Source: an uncultured Candidatus Saccharibacteria bacterium
Lineage (GTDB): Bacteria; Patescibacteriota; Minisyncoccia; Phycocordibacterales; SBAW01
Assembly (NCBI GenBank): GCA_964355655.1
Contig: CAYHDT010000002.1
Location: 15,598 to 79,597, forward strand
DNA: 64,000 nt
Direction: 5' to 3'
The notes beneath the pieces were generated by a model that ran no database searches, had not been told where the DNA came from, and saw only the letters and a list, made by a program, of their open reading frames with translations. Positions 18,164 through 28,089 of the stretch are shown here, piece after piece. The position numbers and the translations under genes are program-made. How positions within the stretch are numbered: the first letter of the stretch is position 1; every line of letters starts with the position of its first letter.

Positions 18164-18841
18164 TTGACTATGATAAAAATTGACCCAAGCTGGAAAGAAG
18201 TTCTGCAAGCCGAATTCGGCAAAGATTATTTTGCGGCTCTGACCGCTTTTGTTAAAGATGAGTACAAAAAAGGCGGGGTGTACCCTGCGCCTAAAAATAT
18301 TTTCAGGACTTTTGACCTGACTCCGTTTGATAAAGTAAAAGTCGTCATTCTGGGGCAGGATCCGTACCACGGGAAAGGACAGGCAAACGGCCTGTGCTTT
18401 GCGGTCGGGGAAGGGATGGCGTTACCGCCGTCTTTGCAGAATATATACAAAGAACTCGAAAGCGACCTGCATAATCAAGGACGGTCCTTGATTAAAACAG
18501 GGGATTTGGAACGATGGGCTAAGCAGGGAGTATTGCTGTTAAATGCGACACTGACCGTGCGGGCCGCCAGCCCCGGCTCGCATCAAAAAAAGGGCTGGGA
18601 GGAGTTTACCGACACGGCGATTAAAGCGCTATCGGAAAAACGGGAACATTTGGTATTTATCCTGTGGGGCAATTACGCCAAGCAAAAAGGAGTGCACATT
18701 GATCGCACTAAGCATTTGGTTATAGAGTCGCCGCACCCGTCGCCTTTTTCGGCGCATAGCGGCTTCTTTGGCTCGCGTCCATTCAGCAAGACAAATGAGT
18801 ATTTAACATCCACCGGCCAGCAACCAATCAGCTGGTTATAA
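18164..18841 (+). CDS. ung: Uracil-DNA glycosylase, family 1
   Basis: GQDPYHG, LLLNATLTV and HPSPFSAH motifs. Confidence 0.9.
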   Translation: MTMIKIDPSWKEVLQAEFGKDYFAALTAFVKDEYKKGGVYPAPKNIFRTFDLTPFDKVKVVILGQDPYHGKGQANGLCFAVGEGMALPPSLQNIYKELESDLHNQGRSLIKTGDLERWAKQGVLLLNATLTVRAASPGSHQKKGWEEFTDTAIKALSEKREHLVFILWGNYAKQKGVHIDRTKHLVIESPHPSPFSAHSGFFGSRPFSKTNEYLTSTGQQPISWL

Positions 18842-18862
18842 ATAAAAGGTGACACCTTTTAT
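18842..18862. terminator. Bidirectional AT-rich hairpin between ung(+) and pepO(-)
   Basis: AAAAGGTGacaCCTTTT flanked by A/T runs. Confidence 0.45.
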
Positions 18863-20794
18863 TTACCAAACCTTGGCGCGGGAGGAGGGCTCGCGGTAGA
18901 GCTTGTCTCCTTTTTTAACGCCGAACGCCTGGTAAAACGGATCGAAGTTGGAGAGCGGGCCGTTGACGCGCCAAAAGCTTTCAGCATGGGGGTCGGTCAG
19001 GGCGGCGAGTTTTTTAAACTCAGGCCGCGCGACCTCCCGCTCCATTTGCGCGTAGCCAAAAAAGAAACGCTCTTCCGGCGAAAGGCCGGCGATAGTTTTG
19101 CGGCCCGCTTTTTTAAGATGCCGCTGGTATGCTTCGTACGCGATTACCAACCCGCCCATATCAGCCATATTCTCGCCGAGCGTTAGCTGGCCGTTGATAT
19201 GCACGCCGGGCTCTACTTCAATTTTGTTCGCCTGCGATACAAACAATTTGCTCTTTTGCATAAAGCGCTTGCGATCTGCAGCAGTCCACCAGCTTTTCAT
19301 ATTGCCTTTGGCGTCAAACTTCGAGCCTTGGTCGTCAAAGCCGTGCGTTATCTCGTGGCCGATGACCGAGCCGATGCCGGCATAATTGATCGCCATGTCA
19401 GCACGCGGGTCAAAGAACGGCCATTGTAAAATAGCGGCAGGAAAAACTATTTCATTGAGATTCGAGTGGTGGTAAGCATTGACCGTTTGCGGGTACATAA
19501 ACCACTCGGCGCGGTCTATCGGCTTGCGCAGCTTACTCATCTGCTTGCGGTGGTGCCACTGTGCCGCCCGCAACATGTTGCCGAAATAATCGCCCGAATC
19601 TATCGCCAGCCCTTTATACCTCTCCCACTTGGACGGGTAGCCTATTTTGCGCGCCATGGCGCGCAGTTTGATTACCGCTTTGCGCTTGGTGGGGAGAGAC
19701 ATCCAGTCGAGATTTTTTATATGGCTTTCATAAACGTCGAAAAGGTCGCTTACCAATGCGTCCATGGTCCGCTTAGAGGCCGCGGGGAAGTGACGTTTGA
19801 CATACAGGGCCCCAAGCGCTTCGCCGACGGCGCTGGTGCTTCCTAGCGCCCGGCGCCATGGCGCGCGCATCTTTTTTTGCCCGGTAAGCACGGAGGTATA
19901 TTTGAAATTTTCTTTAATAAACCGCGACGAGAGCAGGGAGGAGGTGCCGCTTATGACGTGCCACTCGAGATACGTCTTCCAGTCTTCAAGAGGAATGGTC
20001 TCAAGCATTGTGCTTACTGTTTTAAAAAAATTCGGCTGGCCGACAATGAGCGTTTTGATGCCCCGCGCATGAGTGCGGGCGAAGTAGGCGGCCCAGTCAA
20101 CCTGGGGCGAAAGCTTTTGCAGCTGCGCGACGCTCAACTTGTGGTACACCTTTTCAGAATCACGGGTGTCTTCCTGCCGCATTGAGGCTTCTGCCAGAGC
20201 GGTCTCTATCTTCATGACCGTTTTCTGCGCGCCCGTAATGCGGCTGGGGTCAAAAGCGGCGAGTTTCAGCAGTCGACCAATGTATTCAATATAGGCGGCG
20301 CGCACGCGTTTTTGCTCGGGTGCATCAAGCAGATAATAATCGCGCTCGGGCATCCCCAGGCCCCCCTGCCATAGATGGAGCAGATATTTCGAGGAATCTT
20401 TGGCGTCCTGGTCGACTACGCTGCCCCAGCAGCCCGAGACGCCGAGCACGTGCAGCCGCGCGATAACCCCCAGCAGGTCTTCTTTGGTCTTTATATCGCG
20501 CACCAGCATGCGCAGCGGAGCCATCGGCCCCATGTCGAGTTTGTTGCGGGTCTTCATGTCGATAGCGGAGCAGTAGATTCCGCTTACCAACGGGTGCTTT
20601 GTGCCCGTGACTATTTTTTTGAGCTGCTGCTCGGTCCGGTAGCGCAGGGCCGTAAAGGACCCCCAGCGCGACTCCTCAGGTGGAATCTTCGTCCTCTTAA
20701 GCCAGCTGCCGTTGGTGTAATGATAGAAATCATCCTGCGGCCGCACCGAGCGGTCGATGTCTTTCGTATCAAATCCCCAGTACTTTTTAGTCAT
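18863..20794 (-). CDS. pepO: M13-family zinc metalloendopeptidase (PepO/neprilysin-like)
   Basis: HEITH zinc-binding motif (VIGHEITHGFDDQG). Length and overall layout typical of M13. Confidence 0.85.
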   Translation of the reverse strand: MTKKYWGFDTKDIDRSVRPQDDFYHYTNGSWLKRTKIPPEESRWGSFTALRYRTEQQLKKIVTGTKHPLVSGIYCSAIDMKTRNKLDMGPMAPLRMLVRDIKTKEDLLGVIARLHVLGVSGCWGSVVDQDAKDSSKYLLHLWQGGLGMPERDYYLLDAPEQKRVRAAYIEYIGRLLKLAAFDPSRITGAQKTVMKIETALAEASMRQEDTRDSEKVYHKLSVAQLQKLSPQVDWAAYFARTHARGIKTLIVGQPNFFKTVSTMLETIPLEDWKTYLEWHVISGTSSLLSSRFIKENFKYTSVLTGQKKMRAPWRRALGSTSAVGEALGALYVKRHFPAASKRTMDALVSDLFDVYESHIKNLDWMSLPTKRKAVIKLRAMARKIGYPSKWERYKGLAIDSGDYFGNMLRAAQWHHRKQMSKLRKPIDRAEWFMYPQTVNAYHHSNLNEIVFPAAILQWPFFDPRADMAINYAGIGSVIGHEITHGFDDQGSKFDAKGNMKSWWTAADRKRFMQKSKLFVSQANKIEVEPGVHINGQLTLGENMADMGGLVIAYEAYQRHLKKAGRKTIAGLSPEERFFFGYAQMEREVARPEFKKLAALTDPHAESFWRVNGPLSNFDPFYQAFGVKKGDKLYREPSSRAKVW

Positions 20795-20904
20795 TGTGCT
20801 ACATCATAACAAAAAACACTCTCTGTTGCTCGGGAATGGATTGACAATAAGGCATTTTCTATTTAAAACTAAAGCAGGATCATGCTCTTTGAGAGGAGTC
20901 TGCA

Positions 20905-21660
20905 ATGGCAATCTATAAGGGTTCGACGGCGCAATGCCTCCGGCATTTCGCCCAGGCCGACTTTGAGGGCGATAAGCGGCGGGCGCTTATGGAGTTTGCC
21001 GGCGTTACGGCCAATTCCACAATCCGTCGCTGGCTCAACCAGGGGGAACTCCCTGCCGGGGAGCAGCTTCTGCGGATGCGCCATTACCTCGAACATCTGG
21101 GCTACGAAGTAACCGAGCTCCGCAAGCTCACGCCGTCTGTGCGCGAACTCGGGCGCCTCATTGCGTTCAACGTGCTTCCGATTGCGCAAGCCGCGGCAAG
21201 GATAGGCGTCCCTCCCGCCAAGAAGGGGGGCGGACAGCTCACGACCATCCTCTTGGGCGGTCAAGGAGTTTCGTCCGAGCGGAACAGCAGAATCGCAGCG
21301 CTTAATGCGGAGTTCAGCGACCTGCTCAAGAAGCAAGTCGCAAAAGTTCCGCATCTCACGCTTCGCGGTAGCAATAGCGCCGGCCCCGCTTCGGTGTCAG
21401 TACACCGTGCCGATCCGACTGTTCAAACGGAACAGCCTATCGACAAAGACAGCCTGATGAAAGGCTTTGCGCATATGGTGCAAGGGCTGCTTCATCAGTC
21501 GGACTTCATGCTTTCGGATGCCTTTACGGCAGACGACAGGGACAAAGTTCGGCAACTAACCGGAGGGGACGGGATATTCCTCCTTTCCAACCGACTCAAC
21601 CGTCTTTGCGGCGAGCGTGCTCGCCGCGAGATATCCAACGCTTCGGGAGACAACAAATGA
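20905..21660 (+). CDS. XRE-like HTH domain protein (251 aa)
   Basis: HTH-like segment LMEFAGVTANSTIRRWLNQGELPAGEQLLRMRHYLEHLGY. Its stop overlaps the next start (ATGA). Confidence 0.5.
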   Translation: MAIYKGSTAQCLRHFAQADFEGDKRRALMEFAGVTANSTIRRWLNQGELPAGEQLLRMRHYLEHLGYEVTELRKLTPSVRELGRLIAFNVLPIAQAAARIGVPPAKKGGGQLTTILLGGQGVSSERNSRIAALNAEFSDLLKKQVAKVPHLTLRGSNSAGPASVSVHRADPTVQTEQPIDKDSLMKGFAHMVQGLLHQSDFMLSDAFTADDRDKVRQLTGGDGIFLLSNRLNRLCGERARREISNASGDNK

Positions 21661-23348
21661 CGAAGAACACCAGCGAGGTGAACTTCAGCCAAGGAAGGGC
21701 TCTTTGCAAGATTGCAGGGGAATACCCGACTTTGTATGAAGTCATTATGGAGTCAGTACAAAACGCCATTGACGCGGGCGCGACCGACATCGAAATCTTG
21801 CTCAATCGCAAGAACTGCAACATCGTCATCCACGACAATGGCTGCGGCGTCGGCATGGCCGACTTTCAAAACGCGCTCAATCGCGTCTGCGAGTCGGTTA
21901 AGGAGCGGGGCAAGCTCGGCCAGTTCGGCATCGGGCTTATCTCGCCTCTCGGCAAATGCGCACGCTTTACCTTCACCTCTTGTCCGAAGGGTCTTGCGGC
22001 GCCGTATGTCGAGTGGACTTTCGAGACCGAGAAAATCCGCGAGCAGTCCGACCAGGTTACCGTGCCTCATCGGACGCGCAACGACCTCGTGCATGTCTCC
22101 GGACATGGTGGCGGCCATCGGCGCGGGATTACCCCCGTTGAATGGCGGACCGAGGTCGCGATCTACGGCTACACCAAGGACAAGGTCGTCAACCGCATCC
22201 AAGGTGCCGACGCTTTGCTTGAAGGCATTACCGAGCGTTATGGCGCCGCCATGCGGCGCAATGATGTCAAAGTCGGTATCGCCATTATCAACGAGGACGG
22301 CACCCAGGATCTGAAGACCGGCAAGGCCAAACGGTGGAGCGGAAAGAAGCTGGAAGAAAGAAAGGTCAACAACTATCACGGAGGCGACACCACCGTCCGG
22401 CTCTACCTGGCCAAGAAAACCGACAAAGGCTATCAAGGCCAGGTCATGATGGGCGAGGCGGACAACGACTTCCGTATTCGTCTCTCTCAGTTCGGCAAGT
22501 CTGCAGGGCAGCTTATCGACGCTGATGTCGTCGAGGTGCTGTCTTCCGGAATTTTTGAGGGGGAAATCCTCACTCAAAAAGCCCGGCTGCATGAGAACCG
22601 GCGCAGCTTCGTCCAAAACGAAGGCCTGCTCGGCTTCTGCGAGGGTATCGACGAGTGGTTTCGCCAGCACGGCAAACGCTACTACGACGATGCTCAGGAG
22701 CAGCAGGAGGACCAGCGCTACCAGGACTTGGGGCTGCGGTCGATGAAGAACATCGAGTCGCTGCTCCGCGATCCGATGTTCGCTGATGTGCTGGATGTCG
22801 TCGGCAAGTTCAAGCGCGGCAGCATCGGCGATGGCCATCAGGCCCCCGCCGGCGCCTCCGTCTTGGGCAAGCAGAAGGAGAAGTCGATTGCAATCGGAGG
22901 AAACCCCAACGGCCATGAGGGCTCCGATACAAAAGAGCGTCAGCCGGCTGAGAATCTATCGAACCATCATCCCTATACGGTCGCCGGTCCAAGTGGCCGG
23001 CACCGCACTGTGGTGAAGTCCGACAGTCTCGGCCTGCAGTTCTCCCACACCGCTATGGAAGGGTCGGATAAGTTGTTCGTGCTGGATACCCTCAACGGCA
23101 TCCTGCACTTCAACATCCGACATCCGATATGGGTGGCGTGTGACCGCGATGGCAAGGGCAACCGGGAGATCATGCAGCTCCAGGAATTCGTCACCATTCA
23201 GGCCCTCCTTTTGGAGACCCGGCCGGACGAATGGCGAAAAGTCAACGACTTCTATGTCGAAGACATGCTCAAGCCGATGGCGCACCTCATTTGCATGAGC
23301 GGCGCCTATCGGGTTATCGGCCGTCCAGCCAAGGCTGCCGAGAATTGA
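21658..23348 (+). CDS. GHKL-superfamily ATPase (HATPase_c / MORC-MutL-Hsp90-like Bergerat fold), 563 aa
   Basis: N-box ESVQNAIDAG, G1 box DNGCGVG, G2 box GQFGIG. The C-terminal roughly 350 aa are uncharacterised. Translationally coupled to the upstream HTH gene. Confidence 0.7.
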
Positions 23349-23373
23349 GCGACTTCTACGACAACCCCGCGGG

Positions 23374-23402
23374 CCCCGGCACCAGTGCCGGGGCTTTTTT
23401 AT
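23374..23402 (+). terminator. Intrinsic terminator
   Basis: CCCCGGCAC-ca-GTGCCGGGG followed by CTTTTTTAT. Confidence 0.7.
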
Positions 23403-23478
23403 ATCTATTGACGGCGCGATGTTTATTTAGTATGTTGCGTTTAGTAGCGTTTTTTTGACTGCAACCAGGGAGGCCTAT

Positions 23479-23958
23479 ATGGCCAAGCGGATTATCAAGG
23501 CTGACTTGGAGAAGGCTAAGGCAGCCGTTCTCTCAAGCCAGAAGGCCGATTACGTGTCAATGAAGACGGTCCTCGGGACCAACAGCATCAGCCACATCAA
23601 GCGCGCCCTCGAGAAGCTCGCCAAGCAAGGCGTCGTTGCTCAGGGCAAGCGCCGGCGTTGGCTGGTGTTGCTCAACCCGGACGGTACCAAGAAGGAAGGC
23701 ATCGTTCTGCCGCCCAAGAAGCGCCGGCGCAAGATTCGGCGCAACCGCAAGGCGGCGGCGAAGCCGGCGAAGGTTGCGGCAGCTCCTGTCCGCCGCCAGC
23801 GCAAGTTCAACGGCGTCTTCACGATGGAGCAGAAGCTCAAGAAGATCCACCAGATGACGGTCGGTGCGGGGCCCAACAGCACGACCCTCCTGCGCTCCAT
23901 TGCCGAGGATGTTTCGGCAGCTTATGTGGCCGGGGTGCACCCGGCACTCAAGGACTAA
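23479..23958 (+). CDS. Lys/Arg-rich small protein, possibly DNA-binding (histone H1-like or winged-helix N-terminus)
   Basis: Start preceded by a GGGAGG Shine-Dalgarno. Central KKRRRKIRRNRKAAAKPAKVAAAPVRRQRK tract. Confidence 0.45.
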   Translation: MAKRIIKADLEKAKAAVLSSQKADYVSMKTVLGTNSISHIKRALEKLAKQGVVAQGKRRRWLVLLNPDGTKKEGIVLPPKKRRRKIRRNRKAAAKPAKVAAAPVRRQRKFNGVFTMEQKLKKIHQMTVGAGPNSTTLLRSIAEDVSAAYVAGVHPALKD

Positions 23959-23967
23959 TCTCCAAGA

Positions 23968-23999
23968 CCGGCCCGCACCTCGTGTGCGGGCTTTTTTTA
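23968..23999 (+). terminator. Intrinsic terminator
   Basis: GCCCGCACctcgtGTGCGGGC followed by TTTTTTT. Confidence 0.7.
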
Positions 24000-24028
24000 T
24001 TGCATGAAATGCGGTACTTTTAAGCACA

Positions 24029-25867
24029 ATGACTCCGAATGAGGTTCGCAGGAAATACTTGGAATTTTTTAAAGCGCGCGGGCATGTGGTCATCCCGTCG
24101 GCCCCCTTGGTGCCCGAAAACGACCCGACGACGCTGTTTACCAGTTCCGGTATGCAACCGCTGGTGCCATATCTCCTCGGACAAAAACACCCGTCCGGCA
24201 AGCGCTTGGTGGACCTGCAAAAGTCGGTCCGTACCGGCGATATAGAAGAAGTGGGAGACAATCGGCACCTGACTTTTTTTGAAATGTTCGGAAACTGGTC
24301 CTTGGGCGACTATTTTAAACAGGAACAACTGCCGTGGGTATTTGAACTTTTGACTAAAGAATTAAATCTCGATGAAAAACGTTTGTGGGTGACTTGTTTT
24401 GAGGGCGATGCGTCGCTTAGCATACCTAAAGACACCGAGTCCGCGGAGATATGGAAAAGTCTCGGGATTCCGGAGGAACGCATACATTTTTACAATGCCA
24501 AGAAAAATTGGTGGAGCCGAAGTGGTACGCCGGATAAGATGCCTGTCGGCGAACCAGGCGGGCCGGATTCTGAAGTGTTTTATGAATTTACGCATATCGA
24601 ACATAAGCCGGAGTTTGGCGAGCGGTGCCACCCAAACTGTGACTGCGGCCGGTTTGTCGAGATAGGCAACTCCGTATTTATGGAGTACATAAAAAAAGAA
24701 GACGGCTCTTTTGGAAAGCTGGCCCAGCGCAATGTCGATTTTGGCGGCGGATTTGAACGCCTGGCGGCCGCTATCAATAACAGCGACGATGCATACGCCA
24801 CCGGCGCTTTGCAGTCTGAAATTAAAAAGCTCGAGGAGTGGTCGGGCAAAAAATACAGCGACCCGCAATATATAAAAGCTTTCCGGGTTGTTGCAGACCA
24901 CGTGCGCGCGGCGGTGTTTTTGATAGGGGACGGCGTGCGACCGGGCAATGTCGAGCGTGGGTATGTGGTGCGCCGACTCCTGCGCCGCGCGGTGCGGTTT
25001 TCCGATGTGTTGGAAGTGCCCGCTGGCAATTTAAAAAATCTGGTCTCTCTTGTCGCTGAAGATTACAAAGCCAGCTACATCAATATCACCGAGCAGTCCG
25101 CAAACATAACTCAGGAAATAGGGCAGGAAGAGGAACAATTTAGAAAAACGTTGGAGCGCGGGATGAAGGAGTTAGCACGGTTTATTCAAGGTGGTTCGCT
25201 TTCTGCGCGAGACACATTCCAACTGGTGACAACCTATGGCTTTCCCATAGAGCTTATTGCCGAAGAGGCGGGGCTGAAGGGGATTAAACAAATAGATTTT
25301 GAAGGTTTTAAAGAATTGCTCAAAGAACACCAAAATCTTAGCCGCGCGGGGAGCGAGCAGAAGTTTAAGGGCGGCTTGGCTGATACTAGTGAGAAGACGA
25401 CACGCTTGCATACCGCGCACCACCTTCTGCTTAAAGCCCTCCAGCAGGTGCTGGGGCCCGAAGTTCATCAGCGGGGCTCTAACATCACACAAGAAAGATT
25501 GCGCATAGACTTTAGTTACGGGCAAAAGATGACCCCGGAACAAAAGGCCGAGGTGGAGCGCATCGTGAACGAAAAAATTAAAGAAGATTTACCAGTGGTG
25601 CGTACCGAGATGGCTCTTGCCGAGGCGGAAAAGTTGCATGCCGAGCACGAGTTTGGCGCAAAATATCCGGAACGTGTATCAGTTTATTCTGTCGGTCCGC
25701 TGGACAACGCTTTTTCGATAGAATTTTGCGGCGGCCCGCATGTGTCCAGTACGGGTGAGCTCAGTAAGTCAGACTTACTGGGGAAGTCTGACTTACTGAA
25801 GTTTAGGATTTTGAAAGAAGAAGCGGTGGCCCAAGGCGTGCGTCGGATCAAGGCAATACTCCAATAA
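24029..25867 (+). CDS. alaS: Alanyl-tRNA synthetase, short form (catalytic, tRNA-binding and editing domains; no C-Ala domain)
   Basis: KYLEFFKARGHVVIPSAPLVPENDPTTLFTSSGM N-terminus. Editing-domain HxxxH (HTAHHLL) and CGGPHV. Only 612 aa. Confidence 0.9.
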   Translation: MTPNEVRRKYLEFFKARGHVVIPSAPLVPENDPTTLFTSSGMQPLVPYLLGQKHPSGKRLVDLQKSVRTGDIEEVGDNRHLTFFEMFGNWSLGDYFKQEQLPWVFELLTKELNLDEKRLWVTCFEGDASLSIPKDTESAEIWKSLGIPEERIHFYNAKKNWWSRSGTPDKMPVGEPGGPDSEVFYEFTHIEHKPEFGERCHPNCDCGRFVEIGNSVFMEYIKKEDGSFGKLAQRNVDFGGGFERLAAAINNSDDAYATGALQSEIKKLEEWSGKKYSDPQYIKAFRVVADHVRAAVFLIGDGVRPGNVERGYVVRRLLRRAVRFSDVLEVPAGNLKNLVSLVAEDYKASYINITEQSANITQEIGQEEEQFRKTLERGMKELARFIQGGSLSARDTFQLVTTYGFPIELIAEEAGLKGIKQIDFEGFKELLKEHQNLSRAGSEQKFKGGLADTSEKTTRLHTAHHLLLKALQQVLGPEVHQRGSNITQERLRIDFSYGQKMTPEQKAEVERIVNEKIKEDLPVVRTEMALAEAEKLHAEHEFGAKYPERVSVYSVGPLDNAFSIEFCGGPHVSSTGELSKSDLLGKSDLLKFRILKEEAVAQGVRRIKAILQ

Positions 25868-25895
25868 AAAATCTCCGGTTTTCCGGAGCTTTCAT
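25866..25895. terminator. Hairpin terminator between alaS(+) and the 25899-26306(-) ORF
   Basis: CTCCGGttttCCGGAG with flanking A and T runs. Confidence 0.45.
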
Positions 25896-25898
25896 CAT

Positions 25899-26306
25899 TT
25901 AACCCGCACTTTCGCGCGGAGGAGCAGGAAAGAGGGCGGCACACAGTGCATCGCCGACTTCGTTGCAAAGCGTTCCGCAGGCCTCCAGCGTACTGCGCGC
26001 GTCCTGATTGGCTGCAAATCCGAACACTCTGGTAAAAGCAGCCAATTCGTAGGGCTTTGACCATCCGAACGGCGCGGTATGTTCAAGAAGGCTGACGTCT
26101 TCCTGTAAAGATACGCGGTCGGCATCCGTGAGTCGGATAGTCTTGTTCAGCAGCCCTTTCGTATGGTTGAGGAACATGTCGCGCTGTCCTTCGCCGGCCG
26201 GTGCCGCGACCGCATACACCGCATATCCGACCGTGACCACCAGAATTTTGGCGGAAACGATGCCTAACGCAAGATATTTCAATCCCACACCAAGAGTAAG
26301 GGACAT
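25899..26306 (-). CDS. Hypothetical small protein with an N-terminal TM helix
   Basis: ORF only. Position fits a convergent terminator. Confidence 0.35.
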   Translation of the reverse strand: MSLTLGVGLKYLALGIVSAKILVVTVGYAVYAVAAPAGEGQRDMFLNHTKGLLNKTIRLTDADRVSLQEDVSLLEHTAPFGWSKPYELAAFTRVFGFAANQDARSTLEACGTLCNEVGDALCAALFPAPPRESAG

Positions 26307-26434
26307 TACAATCTCCTCTGTTATACCGGATACTCCGGCGACTAACTCCCCACACTATACACCCCCTATTTTTTGATTGAAATGAAGTCTCAAATAAGCC
26401 TTTATTTAAGGTGTTTTTAACCCTTTCGGAGCCC

Positions 26435-26463
26435 TTGACATAATTAGCACTATAGTGTAAATA
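26435..26463 (+). promoter_or_regulatory. Sigma-70-like promoter TTGACA-N17-TAAATA ahead of a ~115 nt structured leader
   Basis: Perfect -35. The leader contains TTGAC-N12-GTCAA and a GCCGCTCC-accc-GGAGCGGC hairpin. A strong RBS AAGGAG precedes ATG 26585. Confidence 0.45.
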
Positions 26464-26584
26464 CACAGATGGAACGGAGTGGGGGTAAAACGCCATTTCC
26501 ACCGGTTCGTTGACAACCTCATAACAGTCAACAAAACAGTTCAACCGCCGCTCCACCCGGAGCGGCAAAGCCAAGGAGATACTC

Positions 26585-27991
26585 ATGGCCCCTCAGGCCG
26601 CTACCACGCTTACCAAGGGCGGATTCGCTGAGTCGCAAGTCTCGCTTGCGGCGATGGAAACCGCGATGGCCGGCTTTGAACGGACGACACTGGCTGATCT
26701 GCTGACACAGCAGGAAACGCTGGTGAAACAATCCAACGAAGTCGCTCAGCTCGATGATGCGGGCGTGCGCGCGGCGCGCCAGGAGATCATCGACTCCAAT
26801 ATGGAAAAGCTCGCCGCAAAGATCGCCGCATACCGCGACGATACGGCCGAGCTCATCGCCGGACTCGAAGCTCAGTTCGAAAAGCTCGGAATGGATTTCT
26901 CGAACTTGCAGAAGCCGACGGCCGAGGACCTGCAACTCATGCAGACGGCTGAAACCTATCTGAAGCAGCTCGTGGAACTCGACGGTCCGACGGCCCGTGC
27001 GCTCTTGGTTCAGGCTATCGCCGACGCCAAAGGCAGTTGGAACCCGATCGGCAGGGACGCGCGCGTTCTTGACGCGGAAAAAGCTCTCGAGGCGTTTGAC
27101 ATCCAACAGGCGACGGATGTCGTCGCGGCTAAGACCGCCGTGGAAGAGACCAAGGCCGAAGTCCAACGGTTGCGCAATAAGCGCATTCGTGAAGCCGAGT
27201 TTGACTCGCAGTTCGAACGCTTTATCGCGTTCGCGCAGCAGATCATGCAGAAGCTTCTTGAAAACGTCCGCAACAGCGAGGTGCGGATGAGCGAGACCCA
27301 GAAGGCCTTCAACGATTCCCTTGTCCAAAAGGAGAAAAAGGCCGCTCAACTCAATAACCTGGACGTCAAGATCAAGCAGGCCGAAGACGCCGTCATGACG
27401 CTCCAGACAGAGCTGGGCAGTGCCGTCGATCAAGAAGCACGCGCACGTGTGGAAACCCGCTTGGGTGCGGCGAACCAAATCCTCGCCGATCTCAACGGCA
27501 CGAAGCAAGAGACTCAAGTGGCCCACAACGCCCTTGAGGCTGCTGCCTCCAAGCACGAGAAGATGCTGGCGACCCTGCAGGTGCAGCGCGACAATCAGCG
27601 GGCACATGCGGTCAAGCTGAACATCGACTCGAGGTCGCGGTTCACCCAGGCGCAAAATATCGTCAGGATTATCCAGAACACCACGCAAGAAGACGCCGCT
27701 TCGCGGCTTCATGTTGCCGGTTCGTCTCTGGACAAGATCGGTCTGGAGCTCTCGGTGCGGGCGCTTATCGCGTCTGAACGGGAGCGGCTGAAGATGCTGA
27801 CCGGTCATGAGGCCGATATGAAGCGGTTCGACGTGATCGGCGGTGCCCTCGCAGAGGGCCGCGCGCAGATCGCCATCGAAGACGCGGAGATCGCGGCTCG
27901 TATGCGTCAAAACTACGGCATCGATCCGCTCAAGGCCAGTTGGCTCCATGTTGCAGAGGGTATGGGCAACTCCGGCAATCCGCCAGCTTAA
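26585..27991 (+). CDS. Coiled-coil protein (468 aa), hypothetical
   Basis: Ala/Glu/Gln/Lys-rich with heptad-like periodicity throughout. The antisense ORF 26528-27949 is rejected as a shadow ORF. Confidence 0.6.
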   Translation: MAPQAATTLTKGGFAESQVSLAAMETAMAGFERTTLADLLTQQETLVKQSNEVAQLDDAGVRAARQEIIDSNMEKLAAKIAAYRDDTAELIAGLEAQFEKLGMDFSNLQKPTAEDLQLMQTAETYLKQLVELDGPTARALLVQAIADAKGSWNPIGRDARVLDAEKALEAFDIQQATDVVAAKTAVEETKAEVQRLRNKRIREAEFDSQFERFIAFAQQIMQKLLENVRNSEVRMSETQKAFNDSLVQKEKKAAQLNNLDVKIKQAEDAVMTLQTELGSAVDQEARARVETRLGAANQILADLNGTKQETQVAHNALEAAASKHEKMLATLQVQRDNQRAHAVKLNIDSRSRFTQAQNIVRIIQNTTQEDAASRLHVAGSSLDKIGLELSVRALIASERERLKMLTGHEADMKRFDVIGGALAEGRAQIAIEDAEIAARMRQNYGIDPLKASWLHVAEGMGNSGNPPA

Positions 27992-28029
27992 CCCGCTTCG
28001 TAACAGGGTTACGCACTACTTATCTACAA

Positions 28030-28058
28030 GGGCGCCGGATCCCCGGCGCCCTTTTTTC
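28030..28058 (+). terminator. Intrinsic terminator
   Basis: GGGCGCCGGatccCCGGCGCCC followed by TTTTTT. Confidence 0.75.
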
Positions 28059-28089
28059 TCTCCCGGCTAGAACTAGAAAGGAAAAGACC

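Noticed and set aside
21753-22916. 387 aa ORF antisense to the GHKL ATPase gene
   Set aside because: The + strand carries the complete GHKL N, G1 and G2 motifs. The antisense product is Ala/Leu/Gly/Val-rich with no motifs.
26425-26445. CIRCE-like half-site TTAGCACT in the promoter region
   Set aside because: No inverted partner GAGTGCTAA at 9 nt spacing, and it overlaps the -35/-10 spacer. Coincidental.
26528-27949. 473 aa ORF antisense to the coiled-coil gene
   Set aside because: Leu/Arg/Gly-rich shadow-ORF composition. The + strand gene has a strong AAGGAG RBS, a promoter and a same-strand terminator.
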